Positions 47,293-58,300 of a stretch of DNA of 64,000 bases are shown piece by piece. The notes beneath the pieces were generated by a model. That model was given only the letters and a program-made list of their open reading frames with translations, was not told the origin of the DNA and ran no database searches. A program made the translations under genes and the position numbers. The DNA is from Fibrobacteria bacterium (lineage in GTDB: Bacteria > Fibrobacterota > Fibrobacteria > UBA5070): positions 24,188 through 88,187 of the forward strand of contig DAOPYN010000010.1 of NCBI GenBank assembly GCA_035352895.1. The letters run 5' to 3'. Within the stretch, counting starts at the first letter, position 1. Each line of letters opens with the position of its first letter.

Positions 47293-48031
47293 ATTCCGTC
47301 AAGACCTTCGCCTCCGTCGAATCCGTTTGCGCCAGCTGGGCGAGGGCATCCTGGAGCAGATGGCCCCGCCGCAGCAGGATCCGCAGGCAGTCCTCGACCT
47401 CCCGGCGATCGGGGGCGTCGACGGCGCGCGCGAGGGCCACCCGGTTGAGACCCGCCCAGCGAGGGGGCTCCCCCAACGCACGGGACCAGGGAACGAGATC
47501 CCTGTCCAACCGTACGCATCCGGCCACGAAGGCGAGCTCCCCGATCCGTACGAACTGGTGGACATGGGCGCCGCCTCCGAGGAACGCGTCGCGTCCCACC
47601 TCCACATGCCCTCCCAGCTGGACCCCGTTGGCAAGCACCGTGCGCGCACCGATCCGGCAATCGTGCGCCACGTGGGAGTAGGCCAGAACCATCGCTCCGT
47701 CCTCCACCACGGTCCACCCCTCCGGAAGGGAGGATGCATGGATGGTAGCGTACTCCCCCACCCGCACCTTCGCTCCCAATCGGCATCCACCTCCGTGGTC
47801 CAGATCGCGCACCTGGGCCAATCCTCCCACCGAAGCACCTTGCCCGATCCGGGATCCCTCCCCCACGATCGCCCCTTGGCAGATCCGGGAATGGGGTTCC
47901 AGGATGCATCCCGCACCGACCTCGCAATGCGCTTCCACCACGCAGAACGGACCCACGACGCATCCGTCGCCCAGATTCGCCGAGCTGTGGACCGCGGCAC
48001 GGGAATCGATGGTCGCTGCGGCGGCCTTCAC
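47252..48031 (-). CDS. lpxA: acyl-ACP--UDP-N-acetylglucosamine O-acyltransferase
   Basis: Left-handed beta-helix hexapeptide repeats, plus the LpxA C-terminal helical domain. The likely GTG start at 48031 overlaps the fabZ stop (GTGA). Confidence 0.85.
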   Translation of the reverse strand: MKAAAATIDSRAAVHSSANLGDGCVVGPFCVVEAHCEVGAGCILEPHSRICQGAIVGEGSRIGQGASVGGLAQVRDLDHGGGCRLGAKVRVGEYATIHASSLPEGWTVVEDGAMVLAYSHVAHDCRIGARTVLANGVQLGGHVEVGRDAFLGGGAHVHQFVRIGELAFVAGCVRLDRDLVPWSRALGEPPRWAGLNRVALARAVDAPDRREVEDCLRILLRRGHLLQDALAQLAQTDSTEAKVLTEFVQGSRRGLLRPE

Positions 48032-48495
48032 ACCATCGTCGCCATCAGCTCGGCCTCGCACGAAACCTGGCCATCCACCAGGATCCGCGATTGGACGGTG
48101 GCCATGTTCCGCCGGAAGGAGACCAATTCCACCTCCAGGCGCAGGCTGTCGCCAGGACGAACCGCCCTGCGGAACCTAGCCTTGTCGATCCCCAGGAATG
48201 CCGGACGTTTTCCCTCCACATCGTGGGAAAGCATCACCAGGATGGTGGCCACCTGCGCGAGCGCCTCGATCTGGATCACGCCGGGCATCACCGGATCGGC
48301 GGGGAAATGTCCGACAAAATGCGGTTCGCCAAAGCTCGCGAGCTTCAGCCCCACGGCGCGCTTGCCCTCCTCGAATTCCAGCAGGCGGTCCACGAAGAGG
48401 AAGGGGTGACGGTGGGGAAGCACGGCCAAGACCCCCGCATGATCGAGGACGCATCCGGGGATGGAGGGCTTGGGAAGGTCGGCAAGGCGTGGCAT
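48028..48495 (-). CDS. fabZ: 3-hydroxyacyl-ACP dehydratase FabZ
   Basis: 155 aa MPRLADLP...HFPADPVMPGVIQIEALAQ... hot-dog fold. This is the only real part of the 800-aa ORF-track entry. Confidence 0.9.
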   Translation of the reverse strand: MPRLADLPKPSIPGCVLDHAGVLAVLPHRHPFLFVDRLLEFEEGKRAVGLKLASFGEPHFVGHFPADPVMPGVIQIEALAQVATILVMLSHDVEGKRPAFLGIDKARFRRAVRPGDSLRLEVELVSFRRNMATVQSRILVDGQVSCEAELMATMV

Positions 48496-48569
48496 CGAAC
48501 GTTTCCTGGATACGGGTGGGTCCGACGGAGACCCGCCGGACCCTGCAAGATAGCCGCTCGAGGCCAGCC

Positions 48570-51500
48570 TCAGGGAGCGCGCTTGTATCCGACCTTGAAC
48601 AGCTTGTTCTGGATCATGACCCGAACGTTCACGCCGTTGACCGACTGCTGGCTGTACGAAACCAGCCGCAGCATGTACACGCCCGTTGCCAACCGGCCCT
48701 TCTCGCCACCCATGCCGTTGAGGGAAAGCAGCACGGCGTATTTGCCGTTGCTTGCCACCATTCCCTCGGCGGCCAGACTGTCCCGGTCGAGCTTGAGGTC
48801 CTGCTTCCCGACGAACACTCCCAGGTTGTCGTAGGCGAGAACCTGACCGTCGAACGAAGTATTCAGTTCCACGCGCACGCCGAAGAGCCCCGTTGCCACC
48901 GCCACCGAATCCAACGATCGGAGATTGGACGCTCCGGTGCTGGACACGGGTTTGGCCTGACCGCTCCACGAGGTGGGCAGCACCCAGACGCTCAATGGAG
49001 GCAGAAGGCGCGTGGGCTTGTCCAACCCGTCGTCGACGAACACGGGCTGGGGGAAGACCGACGCCTTGTAGCGGACCGGATAGGGACCGGTAAGGACGGG
49101 AACCTTGAGGGACACATCGCCCACCGCGTTTCCAACGGCATCCTGCAAGCCCTTCGACAGACGTGCGCTGTCCCCGAAGGCTGGCAGGCCGTAGGTGGTG
49201 ACCCCGTCGGTGCAGCTGTCGCAGATCACCAGTAGGCGCGTTCCCTGGACGATGATGTGGGCCTTGGGATCCGTCGGAAGGAAAGGCTTCTGTTCCCCCC
49301 TGCGAATCACGTCGAAGAGGAACGACGGGACCGGCGCATCCTTCAGTGGCTCGGAAAGGACCAACGCGATGGTGTCGGCCGCTCCTTCCACCTGTCCGTA
49401 GGATACGAACACCGACTGGAGGACCGGAGCGATGCCATCGAGAACCACGAACGGCTGCGGCTCCAGGGGGGTGCCGTCGACGATGCTCGTGGATGTCCCC
49501 GTTCCGTTGCCGGAGGTCTTGCCCGCGGGGAATCCCGCCACGGGAATGATCGCCTCGGTGAGCCCCACCAGTCGCTTGCCGTACCCGACGCTGTCCACGG
49601 TCACGGTCACCCCCTGCCAGGTGAAGCCGAAGGTCGGGGAACCCAGCAACGGACGCTTCCAGGCCAGGCGCACGGCATCGGCCGTTCCATCGCCGTTCTG
49701 GTCCAGGATCCGCGCGGTGTCGGGAGCGCGATCGCCACCCGCCACAGGCACGTACGGAGCGGCGCCGGAAGACGCCGGGAGTTGATCGGAAGAGACCGCC
49801 CGCAGGACGGATCCCGTGATGGCCATGCGCACCAGATCGCCCGGCTCCACGCTGCCGACGGGGATGTCGAAGGTTCCGACATTCGCCCCCGCCCCGCTTG
49901 CCGGGATGGTCGTGGCGGTCGCGGGAATCGGCTCGTCGCCGGCGGCGGTCTTGCGGACCAGGTAGACCGTTTGCCCCGGGCGAAGCCCCGACACCACCGG
50001 TTCGGAGAAACGAACGGTGAGCTTGTCGGAGCCCGCGGCGAATTCGAGCTTGGCCACACCGATGGCGACGGGAGGAACCGAGTCGCGAAGATCGTAATCC
50101 TCGCGGCGCATGGATCCCTGGAGCAAGGTCAGCTTGCCCATCCCGTTGAGTCCCGTTCCCACGGTCAGTCCCGCGGCGATGTTCACGGGCAGCTGGTAGG
50201 TCGCATTGCCCAGCGACACGGCCTGCGCCCAGGAATAGGTGGAATCGACGGTCTGGATCCAACTGCCGACCACGATCTTGTCCGGAGCTTCGGCAGGTTT
50301 GCGGAATTCCCGACGGAAGACCATGGTGACCACATCGGCACGACCGTCGCCATCGCGATCGGAAAGCCAGGAATCGACGATGGGAACGGCGATCGGCTGC
50401 AGGACGATCTGGGCGGTATCTCCACCGCATTCGCTGTAGCGTCCCGGATTGCCCGCGGCGTCGACGATTCCCGACGCGGTGGCGATCGCGATGCGCGCAC
50501 CTTCGGCCACGGCTCCGGCGGCATTGCCCTGGACCACGAACACGAGGTCGGTGGTCCCGTTGCCGGAAACCACCTGGGCGGGCATCGGCGATGCGGGAGT
50601 GGTTTCCACGCCTCCGAGGAAGGTGCGGAAAGGCAGAGTGGTTCCCGCGAAGGTGACCGGCTCGCTGAAGCGGACCTTCAAGGTGTCGGTTCCCGGAGTG
50701 GTGTTTTCCACGATGGTGGCCAGGATCGGCCGAGGCCCGATCCCGTCGGAGACAGGAACGTAGGAACCATCACCCAGGACCACCTGGGTGTCTTCCGCCG
50801 GCGGACGGCGCAACGAAGCCACCACGCGGACCTCGGCGAGCGGAATCCAGGCGGGAAGTTTGGCCAGGCTCGCCCCCAGGGAAATTCCCAAAGCGGTGTT
50901 CCCTGCCAGAGGATGGATCTTCGTGGAATCCAGAGACACCGTGTCGGCACCCAGTCGGAACACCACCCGGCTCAGGCGGACCTTGGATGTATCCAGAACC
51001 GCGACGCGCACGGATCCCCCCAGAGGCTTGAACAGGATCACAGTGGAATCCGCCGACCCGTCGCAATCCTTGTCCAGGAACACGCCATTGGCGGGTTCCG
51101 GGGCATCCGGCTTGGGAGGCAGACGGAACGTGACGGGTTTGAAGAGGGCCTGCACGCCGTTTCCGATCCACGGATGCGATGCCTTCAGGGTGTCGTTGGT
51201 CAGCGGCACATCGGACCGAACCCACAGGTCCAGGACTCCGGCCACCAGGGTCGCCGAATCCAGGGCAGTCGTAGAGGTGGCCGTGGCGTAGAACTTGGTC
51301 CCGGCGACCGATTTGAGGGTCACCGTCGCACCCGACCAGGAATCCGTGGCGTCCGGAACGGTTCCGTTCTTGGAGAGGATCAGGTGGACGGGCATGGCCA
51401 CCGTGATGAACGTGTCGATCTTGGAATCCGGCACGAACCAGAGTTGAGCACGCGGCTTGCCCACCTTCATGAGGGCGGAATCGATGACCGTCTTCCCGTT

Positions 51501-54269
51501 CACGTTGGCGAAGCCCCAGAACTTGTGCCCCTCCGTCCCCTCCACGAAGTGGTAGAGGGAGACAAGACCCGTGGCATCGCTCTTGACCTGCGTGGCGGTG
51601 AAGGGGCCCGTGGCGGCGGCGGCATACCCTTGCCGGAGGATTCCGGGATCGATCGCCTGGTACCCCAGGACCACATCGGCGATGGTGTCCACCTTGTTGC
51701 CGAACTTGTCCACCACCTGGAGCGTGATGGGGGTGGGCGCCTGATCCATGATGGTGGCGATGGAATCCTTGGGCCGGGTCTGGTCCACATACATCCAATC
51801 CGGCGGATTCTGCCAGATCACCTTCTCGGGCAGACCCGGGCGGACGTTGATCACCCCGGCACCAGGCACCGGAAGAGTACCGACCATTCCGGAAAGGGAA
51901 ACCGTGACAGTCCCGGTCTGGGTGAACCTCACGTTGAACGACCCGATTCCTCCTGAGAGGTTCTTCCCGATGGTGTCGCCGGACATCACCTGCTTGTCGG
52001 CAGGGAGCAGGAACATGTTCTTGTCGGGGGTCGCGGCGAGAACATCGATGGTGGGGATGCTCGAATTGTTGTCCGTCCGACGGCCCACCACACGCATGTA
52101 GACCGGCTCTCCCACCCGCACGGACGAGACCGTGTCGGTACCCGTCGCGGAACGGGTGAAGTACACGTCCAGTTTGTATTGGGTCTGCCGCCAGATCCAA
52201 ACGCCCACGTTGGACTTGGTGGGCTTGCCGTCCACCTCGCCCTTGACCACCAGATCGAACCTGGCGAACGAATCCACCGGAGCGGTGGGAAGCGATGCCT
52301 TGAAGATGCCGCAGGAATTGGCTGCGGGCTTGGTGCCCGTGTTGGTCAGCTTGACCGGAGTCGGGAACGCGGGAGTGGGAATGTCGCCGTTGGGCCCTTC
52401 CTTGGTCAGCGAAATGGTCCTGTAGTAGCTCGCCAGTTCGAATTCCAAGTCGGAGGCGGTTCCATTGGCTTCCAGGCAGTACTGGAACGAAACCGTCTTC
52501 GCGGTCTTGTCCAAGGTGACGATGAACTGGTCCTTGAGAAGCAGCGGCGAAATCAGACCGTCACCGGCCTCGGAAACCGCACCTCGATCCACCATGGAGC
52601 CATCCATGTCGCGGTTGCCGGCAGCCACCCACCCCTTGTCGAAGACCGTGGAGTCCACGATCGCCGAATCCCATTGCGGAACCAGGAAGCCGGGATTTCC
52701 AGGAGTGGTGCTCTTGAAGGGGAACTTGCGGACCCAATAGTTGGCCTGTAAGGAAATGTCGATGTTCGCGGTCGCGTTCGTGCCGGCCCCCTTGACGTAC
52801 CGGATGCGCCCGCCCTGGTGGAAGAAGTCGGCGTTCTGGGGGTTGGTCGCCTCGTAGGGATTCCCCTTGTAGATCCCGGTGTAGTTGGCACCCTGCCCGA
52901 CATTCCATCCGTTCCAGATCCACTGACCCTTCACACCCTGGATCACGGAAACCGGCTTGTCCCAGGTGAGGTAGCAGGGAGGCGCCTGGTTGACCGTGGC
53001 GCAGACCGCCGCATCTTGGACAGGCCCCGATTGCTCGCTTTGGATCTGGTAGAGGGAATCCCCCTCGCCCACCTCGAAGGTGTTGTTGTACAGGAAGTCC
53101 TTGTAGTACTGCAGGTATTGGCGGCCATCCTTGACCATCCGGGCATTGATGCCCTTTCGGTTGAAGTTGGTGACCAGGTTGTTGTAGAAATAGTGCTGGA
53201 CTCCCGGCTTGAAATAACTGTTGGCGAACACCATCACGGAGCCGTTGATCGTGTTGTTGTAGATCTTGTGCGGAACGATGCGGACGTCCTTCAGGTACAT
53301 GAATCCGCCGGTCATGTTGTTGGATTCGGCCGAGGAGTCCGTGTTCTGGGCGAACTGGGTGTTGTAGTTCTGGTCCATCAGGTTGTAGCGGATGGTGGAT
53401 CCGATGTCCCATTCCATCTCGTTGTAGATCACAAACCAGTTGTTGTGGACGTAGTTGCGCTCGATGAGGTGGTCGCCCATCTTCCCGAACCGCGAATAGG
53501 GGACGATGGTCTTCACGTCCAGATCGTTGGGATTGGGCGCGGCGAAGGCACCACCGACGTTGCGGTTCTGGATGTACATGGCGGCGAAGCAATTGCGGAT
53601 CTCCGTGTTGCGCACCACCACCTTCTTGGACTGGAAGAGGTTGATGCCCACGTTTCCGAAGAAGACGTCCCACTTGTCGTCCCAGATCCCATTGTTGACG
53701 AAGGTGGTGGGCTTCTTGCCATCGATGTGGATGCCTTCGATGAGGATGTTGGTGGACTTGTAGACCACCACGTAGCCGTTGTTCTGGAATCCGCTGGTGC
53801 TGTAGGGGTTCGCCGAGGCGCCGGTGTCGCCCGCTGCACCGGCACCACGTTGGCTGGAGCCCTTGACCGGCCATTTCTTCCAGCCGGCGGGACGCAGCGG
53901 ATCGGCGGGATTGGCCGCCGTTCCAGCGGCATTGAATTCGCTTGCGATGTTGACGTAGGTCAGCCGAGGCCGGATCTTCAGGGCGACCATCTGCGGGGAA
54001 GGCTGGATGGAAAGATTGTTCTTCTCCTCGATCCAAACTTCTCGACTGATGTTGTAGAGAGAGTCAGTGAGGACGATCTTGCATCCCGCGGCCGGACACG
54101 CGTTCACCGCGTTCTGGATGCTGGTGTAGGCTTGCCCCGCCCCGACGTTCATCTGGACCTGGGCCTGCAACTGGGCCGGAGCCAACAGGAGACCAGCGAT
54201 CCCTCCCCATAGGGAAAGGAGCTTCGTGTGGAAAACGAACTTGGTCGGACGGGGCAGATCCAGCAGCAT
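48570..54269 (-). CDS. giant secreted cell-surface protein (1899 aa): right-handed beta-helix (pectin-lyase-fold) N-terminal region, Ig-like/Ca-binding repeat array, conserved C-terminal sorting-like domain; paralog A
   Basis: Signal peptide MLLDLPRPTKFVFHTKLLSLWGGIAGLLLAPAQLQAQ. N-terminal region NACPAAGCKIVLTD...NPYSTSGFQNNGYVV...VRNTEIRNCFAAMYIQNRN with many N-N-T/YNN beta-helix rungs. DxDGDGxxD motifs. C-terminus ...GVYMLRLVSYSQQSVNGVNVRVMIQNKLFKVGYKRAP. Confidence 0.8.
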   Translation of the reverse strand: MLLDLPRPTKFVFHTKLLSLWGGIAGLLLAPAQLQAQVQMNVGAGQAYTSIQNAVNACPAAGCKIVLTDSLYNISREVWIEEKNNLSIQPSPQMVALKIRPRLTYVNIASEFNAAGTAANPADPLRPAGWKKWPVKGSSQRGAGAAGDTGASANPYSTSGFQNNGYVVVYKSTNILIEGIHIDGKKPTTFVNNGIWDDKWDVFFGNVGINLFQSKKVVVRNTEIRNCFAAMYIQNRNVGGAFAAPNPNDLDVKTIVPYSRFGKMGDHLIERNYVHNNWFVIYNEMEWDIGSTIRYNLMDQNYNTQFAQNTDSSAESNNMTGGFMYLKDVRIVPHKIYNNTINGSVMVFANSYFKPGVQHYFYNNLVTNFNRKGINARMVKDGRQYLQYYKDFLYNNTFEVGEGDSLYQIQSEQSGPVQDAAVCATVNQAPPCYLTWDKPVSVIQGVKGQWIWNGWNVGQGANYTGIYKGNPYEATNPQNADFFHQGGRIRYVKGAGTNATANIDISLQANYWVRKFPFKSTTPGNPGFLVPQWDSAIVDSTVFDKGWVAAGNRDMDGSMVDRGAVSEAGDGLISPLLLKDQFIVTLDKTAKTVSFQYCLEANGTASDLEFELASYYRTISLTKEGPNGDIPTPAFPTPVKLTNTGTKPAANSCGIFKASLPTAPVDSFARFDLVVKGEVDGKPTKSNVGVWIWRQTQYKLDVYFTRSATGTDTVSSVRVGEPVYMRVVGRRTDNNSSIPTIDVLAATPDKNMFLLPADKQVMSGDTIGKNLSGGIGSFNVRFTQTGTVTVSLSGMVGTLPVPGAGVINVRPGLPEKVIWQNPPDWMYVDQTRPKDSIATIMDQAPTPITLQVVDKFGNKVDTIADVVLGYQAIDPGILRQGYAAAATGPFTATQVKSDATGLVSLYHFVEGTEGHKFWGFANVNGKTVIDSALMKVGKPRAQLWFVPDSKIDTFITVAMPVHLILSKNGTVPDATDSWSGATVTLKSVAGTKFYATATSTTALDSATLVAGVLDLWVRSDVPLTNDTLKASHPWIGNGVQALFKPVTFRLPPKPDAPEPANGVFLDKDCDGSADSTVILFKPLGGSVRVAVLDTSKVRLSRVVFRLGADTVSLDSTKIHPLAGNTALGISLGASLAKLPAWIPLAEVRVVASLRRPPAEDTQVVLGDGSYVPVSDGIGPRPILATIVENTTPGTDTLKVRFSEPVTFAGTTLPFRTFLGGVETTPASPMPAQVVSGNGTTDLVFVVQGNAAGAVAEGARIAIATASGIVDAAGNPGRYSECGGDTAQIVLQPIAVPIVDSWLSDRDGDGRADVVTMVFRREFRKPAEAPDKIVVGSWIQTVDSTYSWAQAVSLGNATYQLPVNIAAGLTVGTGLNGMGKLTLLQGSMRREDYDLRDSVPPVAIGVAKLEFAAGSDKLTVRFSEPVVSGLRPGQTVYLVRKTAAGDEPIPATATTIPASGAGANVGTFDIPVGSVEPGDLVRMAITGSVLRAVSSDQLPASSGAAPYVPVAGGDRAPDTARILDQNGDGTADAVRLAWKRPLLGSPTFGFTWQGVTVTVDSVGYGKRLVGLTEAIIPVAGFPAGKTSGNGTGTSTSIVDGTPLEPQPFVVLDGIAPVLQSVFVSYGQVEGAADTIALVLSEPLKDAPVPSFLFDVIRRGEQKPFLPTDPKAHIIVQGTRLLVICDSCTDGVTTYGLPAFGDSARLSKGLQDAVGNAVGDVSLKVPVLTGPYPVRYKASVFPQPVFVDDGLDKPTRLLPPLSVWVLPTSWSGQAKPVSSTGASNLRSLDSVAVATGLFGVRVELNTSFDGQVLAYDNLGVFVGKQDLKLDRDSLAAEGMVASNGKYAVLLSLNGMGGEKGRLATGVYMLRLVSYSQQSVNGVNVRVMIQNKLFKVGYKRAP

Positions 54270-54449
54270 GGCGAACCTCTTCAGCGACGGCGACACGAAC
54301 GGTCTCGAACGACAGGGCCACGGCCTCCCTATGAAGGAAACGCGAAGCCACATAAAGATTTACCATGATTTTGGTCGCAGGAGGGGCGATTCTGGTTGAT
54401 TCCAGTGGCAAATCGTTCTCGCACGGAGCACGAACCACCCCTGAATCAC

Positions 54450-55229
54450 TCATTCGGCAAGTCGTTGTCCCACCTGGAGATGCAATGCGTGCCCCGCATC
54501 CACCACATCGATCTTCCCCTGAGGAATCCCTCCACAGCGCAAATAGAGGTCGCCAATCAGGTCCAACGCCTTGTGGGCGGCACATTCCCCGGGAATCCGG
54601 GGGACGCCCCCCGTCCAGACCTCTTGCCGGGAATCCACCCCCAGAACCGCAGCCAGGTCTGCCTCCTCCGGCCCCACGTCCCCACCAGGGAACAAACGAC
54701 CGCAATCGGGGGAAGCTCCAGCCAACAAGCCCCGGTTCCGGGCCTGGACAAACTCGCGGGCGGTGACGAAGGTCCTGGCCGACAACAGATCCGGCAAGGC
54801 CTCCGCGTCTCCCTGCCAGGTTTCCTCTCCCTGCGGCCCCCGACTCCACGTCACCCGAAGATCCAAACGTGAGGAGGGTTCGATCCGGATCCGGCCACGC
54901 GCATCGGCCTGTTCGAGGATCGATCCAGGCCCGGGAACCACCAAGGGAGGGTTTGGAGAGCCCGTGGCCAGGATCGCCTCCTTCCAGGCCAGGGCCGAAC
55001 CATCGAACAGGGGAAGATCGGGGTGGGTCGCCTCCAGGATCCATCCGTCGACCCCCAGGATGCAGATGGCCGCCAGGAAGTGCTCGAGGGGGCCGACCTC
55101 GAAGACTCGAGTGCAACGGAGGGACGTGTCGTGAGCCGCTCTCAGTCGCCGCGGCGAGAATTCCAACCGGGAACCGATGCGCACGAGCGCCACCCCGGGA
55201 TCGGAACGTCGGAACCGAAGCGTATTCAT
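54450..55229 (-). CDS. lpxC: UDP-3-O-acyl-N-acetylglucosamine deacetylase
   Basis: 259 aa MNTLRFRRSDPGVALVRIG...PLEHFLAAICILGVDGW...LFDGSAL...AHKALDLIGDLYLRCGG...DAGHALHLQV matches LpxC zinc-site motifs. It is hidden in the frame of a 1111-aa spurious ORF-track entry. Confidence 0.85.
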   Translation of the reverse strand: MNTLRFRRSDPGVALVRIGSRLEFSPRRLRAAHDTSLRCTRVFEVGPLEHFLAAICILGVDGWILEATHPDLPLFDGSALAWKEAILATGSPNPPLVVPGPGSILEQADARGRIRIEPSSRLDLRVTWSRGPQGEETWQGDAEALPDLLSARTFVTAREFVQARNRGLLAGASPDCGRLFPGGDVGPEEADLAAVLGVDSRQEVWTGGVPRIPGECAAHKALDLIGDLYLRCGGIPQGKIDVVDAGHALHLQVGQRLAE

Positions 55230-55321
55230 TTCCCCGGTGTGAAATCCCGGTCCAGCAAAGGAAAAGGCCACCCCCTGGACGGGAGGCGGCCTTTGGATCG
55301 ATCCGAATCCGGGGGGAGTCT

Positions 55322-58300
55322 TCACTGCTTGCGCTGGTAGCCGACCTTGAAGACCTTGTTCTGCAGCATCGCACGGACCTGGACTCCGTTGACGTTCTGC
55401 TTGCCGTAGCTGATCAGGCGGATCATGTAGACACCGCTGGAAACAGGCTTGCCCACCATGTTCGAACCGTTCATGACCACTGCCAGTGTGTACTTGCCTC
55501 CCACCAGGAGACCTCTGGCGCGAAGGTCCTCGATGTCGATGAGGATCTTCTGCGTTCCCACGTAGACCCCGAGGTTGTCGTAGGCGAGGAAGTCCGCATC
55601 GAAGGATGTGTTCATCTCCACCACCAGACCGTAGAATCCGCTCTGTCCGATGGCGTTGGTGATCACCGGATTGCCGGCCTGGGCCACACCGTCCACCGTG
55701 GTCCCGATGGGGGTCCACACCGCATCCGGCAGGTTGCTGGCCGGAAGGATGAAGGCCGAGACGGGAGGCAGCTTGCGCACAGGAGCATCGTCGGGAACCA
55801 CGTTGCTCTGCACCCCACCCTTGGGGTACAGGTTCACGCGATAGCGAGTGGGATAAAGGCCGTTGAAGACGGTCACCCAGACGCTCGAATCTCCCACCGC
55901 ATTGCCTTGGGCGTCGACGATCCCCGCCTGCAGGCGAGCGCGATCCGGCCAGCTGGGCAATCCGAAGGTCGTGGGAGTCTCGATGCATGCGTTGCAAGCG
56001 ATGGTGAACGGTCCCGTGCCCTGGACGCTGGCCAGACCATCCGTAGCGGCGAAGGGCTTGCGGACGCCGCGGCTTTCGATGCCGAGGAAGGAATTGACCT
56101 GCGGCATGGCGATGGGCTCGCTTGCCCAGACCCGGATGGTGTCGGCGGAACCTTCCACCTGGCCGTAGCTCACGAAGACGGAATCGATGACCGGAGGCAC
56201 CCGATCCTTCAGGGGGAAGGTCTGGGCCGGCTCCAAGGCTCCGGCCACCAAGCTCTGGGTGGTTCCCAAGGCGGATGGATCCCCTGTGACCATGGGAAGG
56301 AACCCGACCACAGGCAGGGTGAGTGTCACCGAATCCTTCGCACCATGGGTCTTGCTGTCCACGGACACCGGAGTGCCGCCCCAAGTGAAGGTGTAGAGTG
56401 GATTGCCACGCAAGGGGCTGGCGTAGAACAACCGGACCGCATCGGCAGTACCATCTGCGTTCAGATCCAGCACCAAGGCGGAATCCGGAACACGGTCGCC
56501 ACCTTGCACCACCACGCGCGGAGGATGCGCCACCGTGGTGGGGATCACGCCTCCGATGCCGACCAATCTCGAGGTCGCGTTGGGTAGGTAGACACTGTCG
56601 CCCACGGCGGGATACGGATTGGCCGAAGACGGAACGGAGAAGACCCAGTTGGTCGATGCCGCCATACCGATGGCAGTCAGACCCAACGCTTGGCCACTCT
56701 GGTGCATCAGGTAGGATCCGCCGGCGAGCTGGGAAACGGGCTCGGAGAAGACCACCCGCAGGGTGTCGGCGTCCTTGCCGAAGCGCAGCGCGGCGGACAT
56801 GGGAATGGGCCCCACGCTGTCGACCAGATCCACGACCTGGTTCTGCATGGGACTGCGGAAGGTGAGCTGTCCCTGTCCGGCCAGCCCCAGACCCGTGGTC
56901 TTGCCGACTTCGAAGGGGACGATGTCCACCGAGAAGTTGATGCTGTCCGCGGAGCTGCCCAGCTTGACCGAACGCGTCCCGCAGAAGTCGCACCAGTTGG
57001 AGACCACGAGGGAATCCGGGAAGTGGGCGGTCTTGGAAAGCTTGGCGGCGAAGCGGACATGGATCTGGTCGGCCGCGCCATTGCCATCGACATCCACGAT
57101 CGCGGCGGAAACCATGGGAATCGGTTTCACATACACCAGGAGGGTGTCGGTGGCTCCGGCACAGTCGTCGGCGTGGTTGCCGGCGAGGTCGACGATGTCC
57201 GCCGAGGGATCGATCCTCACCACGGCCTTCTCCACCAGCAATCCGTCGTTGCCCTGGACATCCAGCTCGATGGTGTCTGCGGCAACTCCGATCTTGGCAT
57301 TGAGAACCGTCGCGGCAGTCTTCTTCCAGACGCCGCCGTTCCACACGAGAAGCGGGAAGACGGGCTTGGTGTAGACCACCGGTTCGCTCACCACGAAACG
57401 CAAGGTGTCGCGGGGATTGCCCAGGGAGTTTTCCCAGATCACCGCACGCGGAACCAGACGCGGCCCGACGCGGTCGGCGATGCCGAAGACGGTATCGGTC
57501 GTTCCGGTCACCAAGGCGTTCACCACGGTGTCGCCGAGGGAAAGCCGCTTGAGGCTGAGCCGAATGGAGGCGGCGCCACTGGGAGTGGTTCCTGGGATCG
57601 GATTGGAGAGCGCGACATCCAGGATGGAGGAATCGGCATCCACCACCTTCGTGGAAGCGGCAGGAATGAGCTGGCTGGCGAAGGGCAGCTTCACGGATAC
57701 ATCCGTGACCTGGATCGAGTCCTTCAAACGGCGCACCGGATCCTTCTTGAAGAAGATCCGCACGTGGTCCGCCGCACCGTCGCAATCCACATCGCGGAAA
57801 GCGGCGGAATCGACGCTGGGCGTGGGCGGAACCGGGGGCGGCATGAAGGTGATGGGCTGGAAGGTGGCGGCATCGTCCAACGCTGGGTTGGTTGCGGCGA
57901 TGCTACCTGCCGAGACAGGGCCATCGGACAGGACCACCAGATCGACGGATGCGGTCGAACGGAGAATGTCCACGGAAGCGATGGCGGAATCGGGATTGGT
58001 GGGCAGTGCCAAACGCAATCCCGGAGCCAAAGTGAGGGTGGCGGTGAAGGGAGGCGCCGAAGCATCCAGCGCCGGAGCTCCATTGCCGTCCACCAGAGTC
58101 AGGGTGATCGGAGCGGATTGCCCCAGATACCGGAAGATGGAGTCGCCAGCGGCATAGGTCCACTTCAAGGCTTCCTTGGGAGGCATCACCTTGACCCGGG
58201 CCGAGTCGCGCACCACGACCTGCGATTTCAGGAAGAAGACGCTTCCCACCGGATCGAAGGTCCTTGCCCAGAAGACGCCGTTGGCGGAATCCAGGTGGAG

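Noticed and set aside
48028-50430. 800-aa minus-strand ORF
   Set aside because: Only the last 155 aa are FabZ. The rest is an alternative frame of giant paralog A.
49257-51956. 899-aa plus-strand ORF and other plus-strand ORFs across 48570-54353
   Set aside because: Antisense of giant paralog A. Gly/Arg/Asp/His-rich.
54064-57785. 436-aa and 1111-aa minus-strand ORFs
   Set aside because: Out of frame with giant paralog B. Only the 3' 780 nt of the 1111-aa frame (54450..55229) is real, and that is lpxC.
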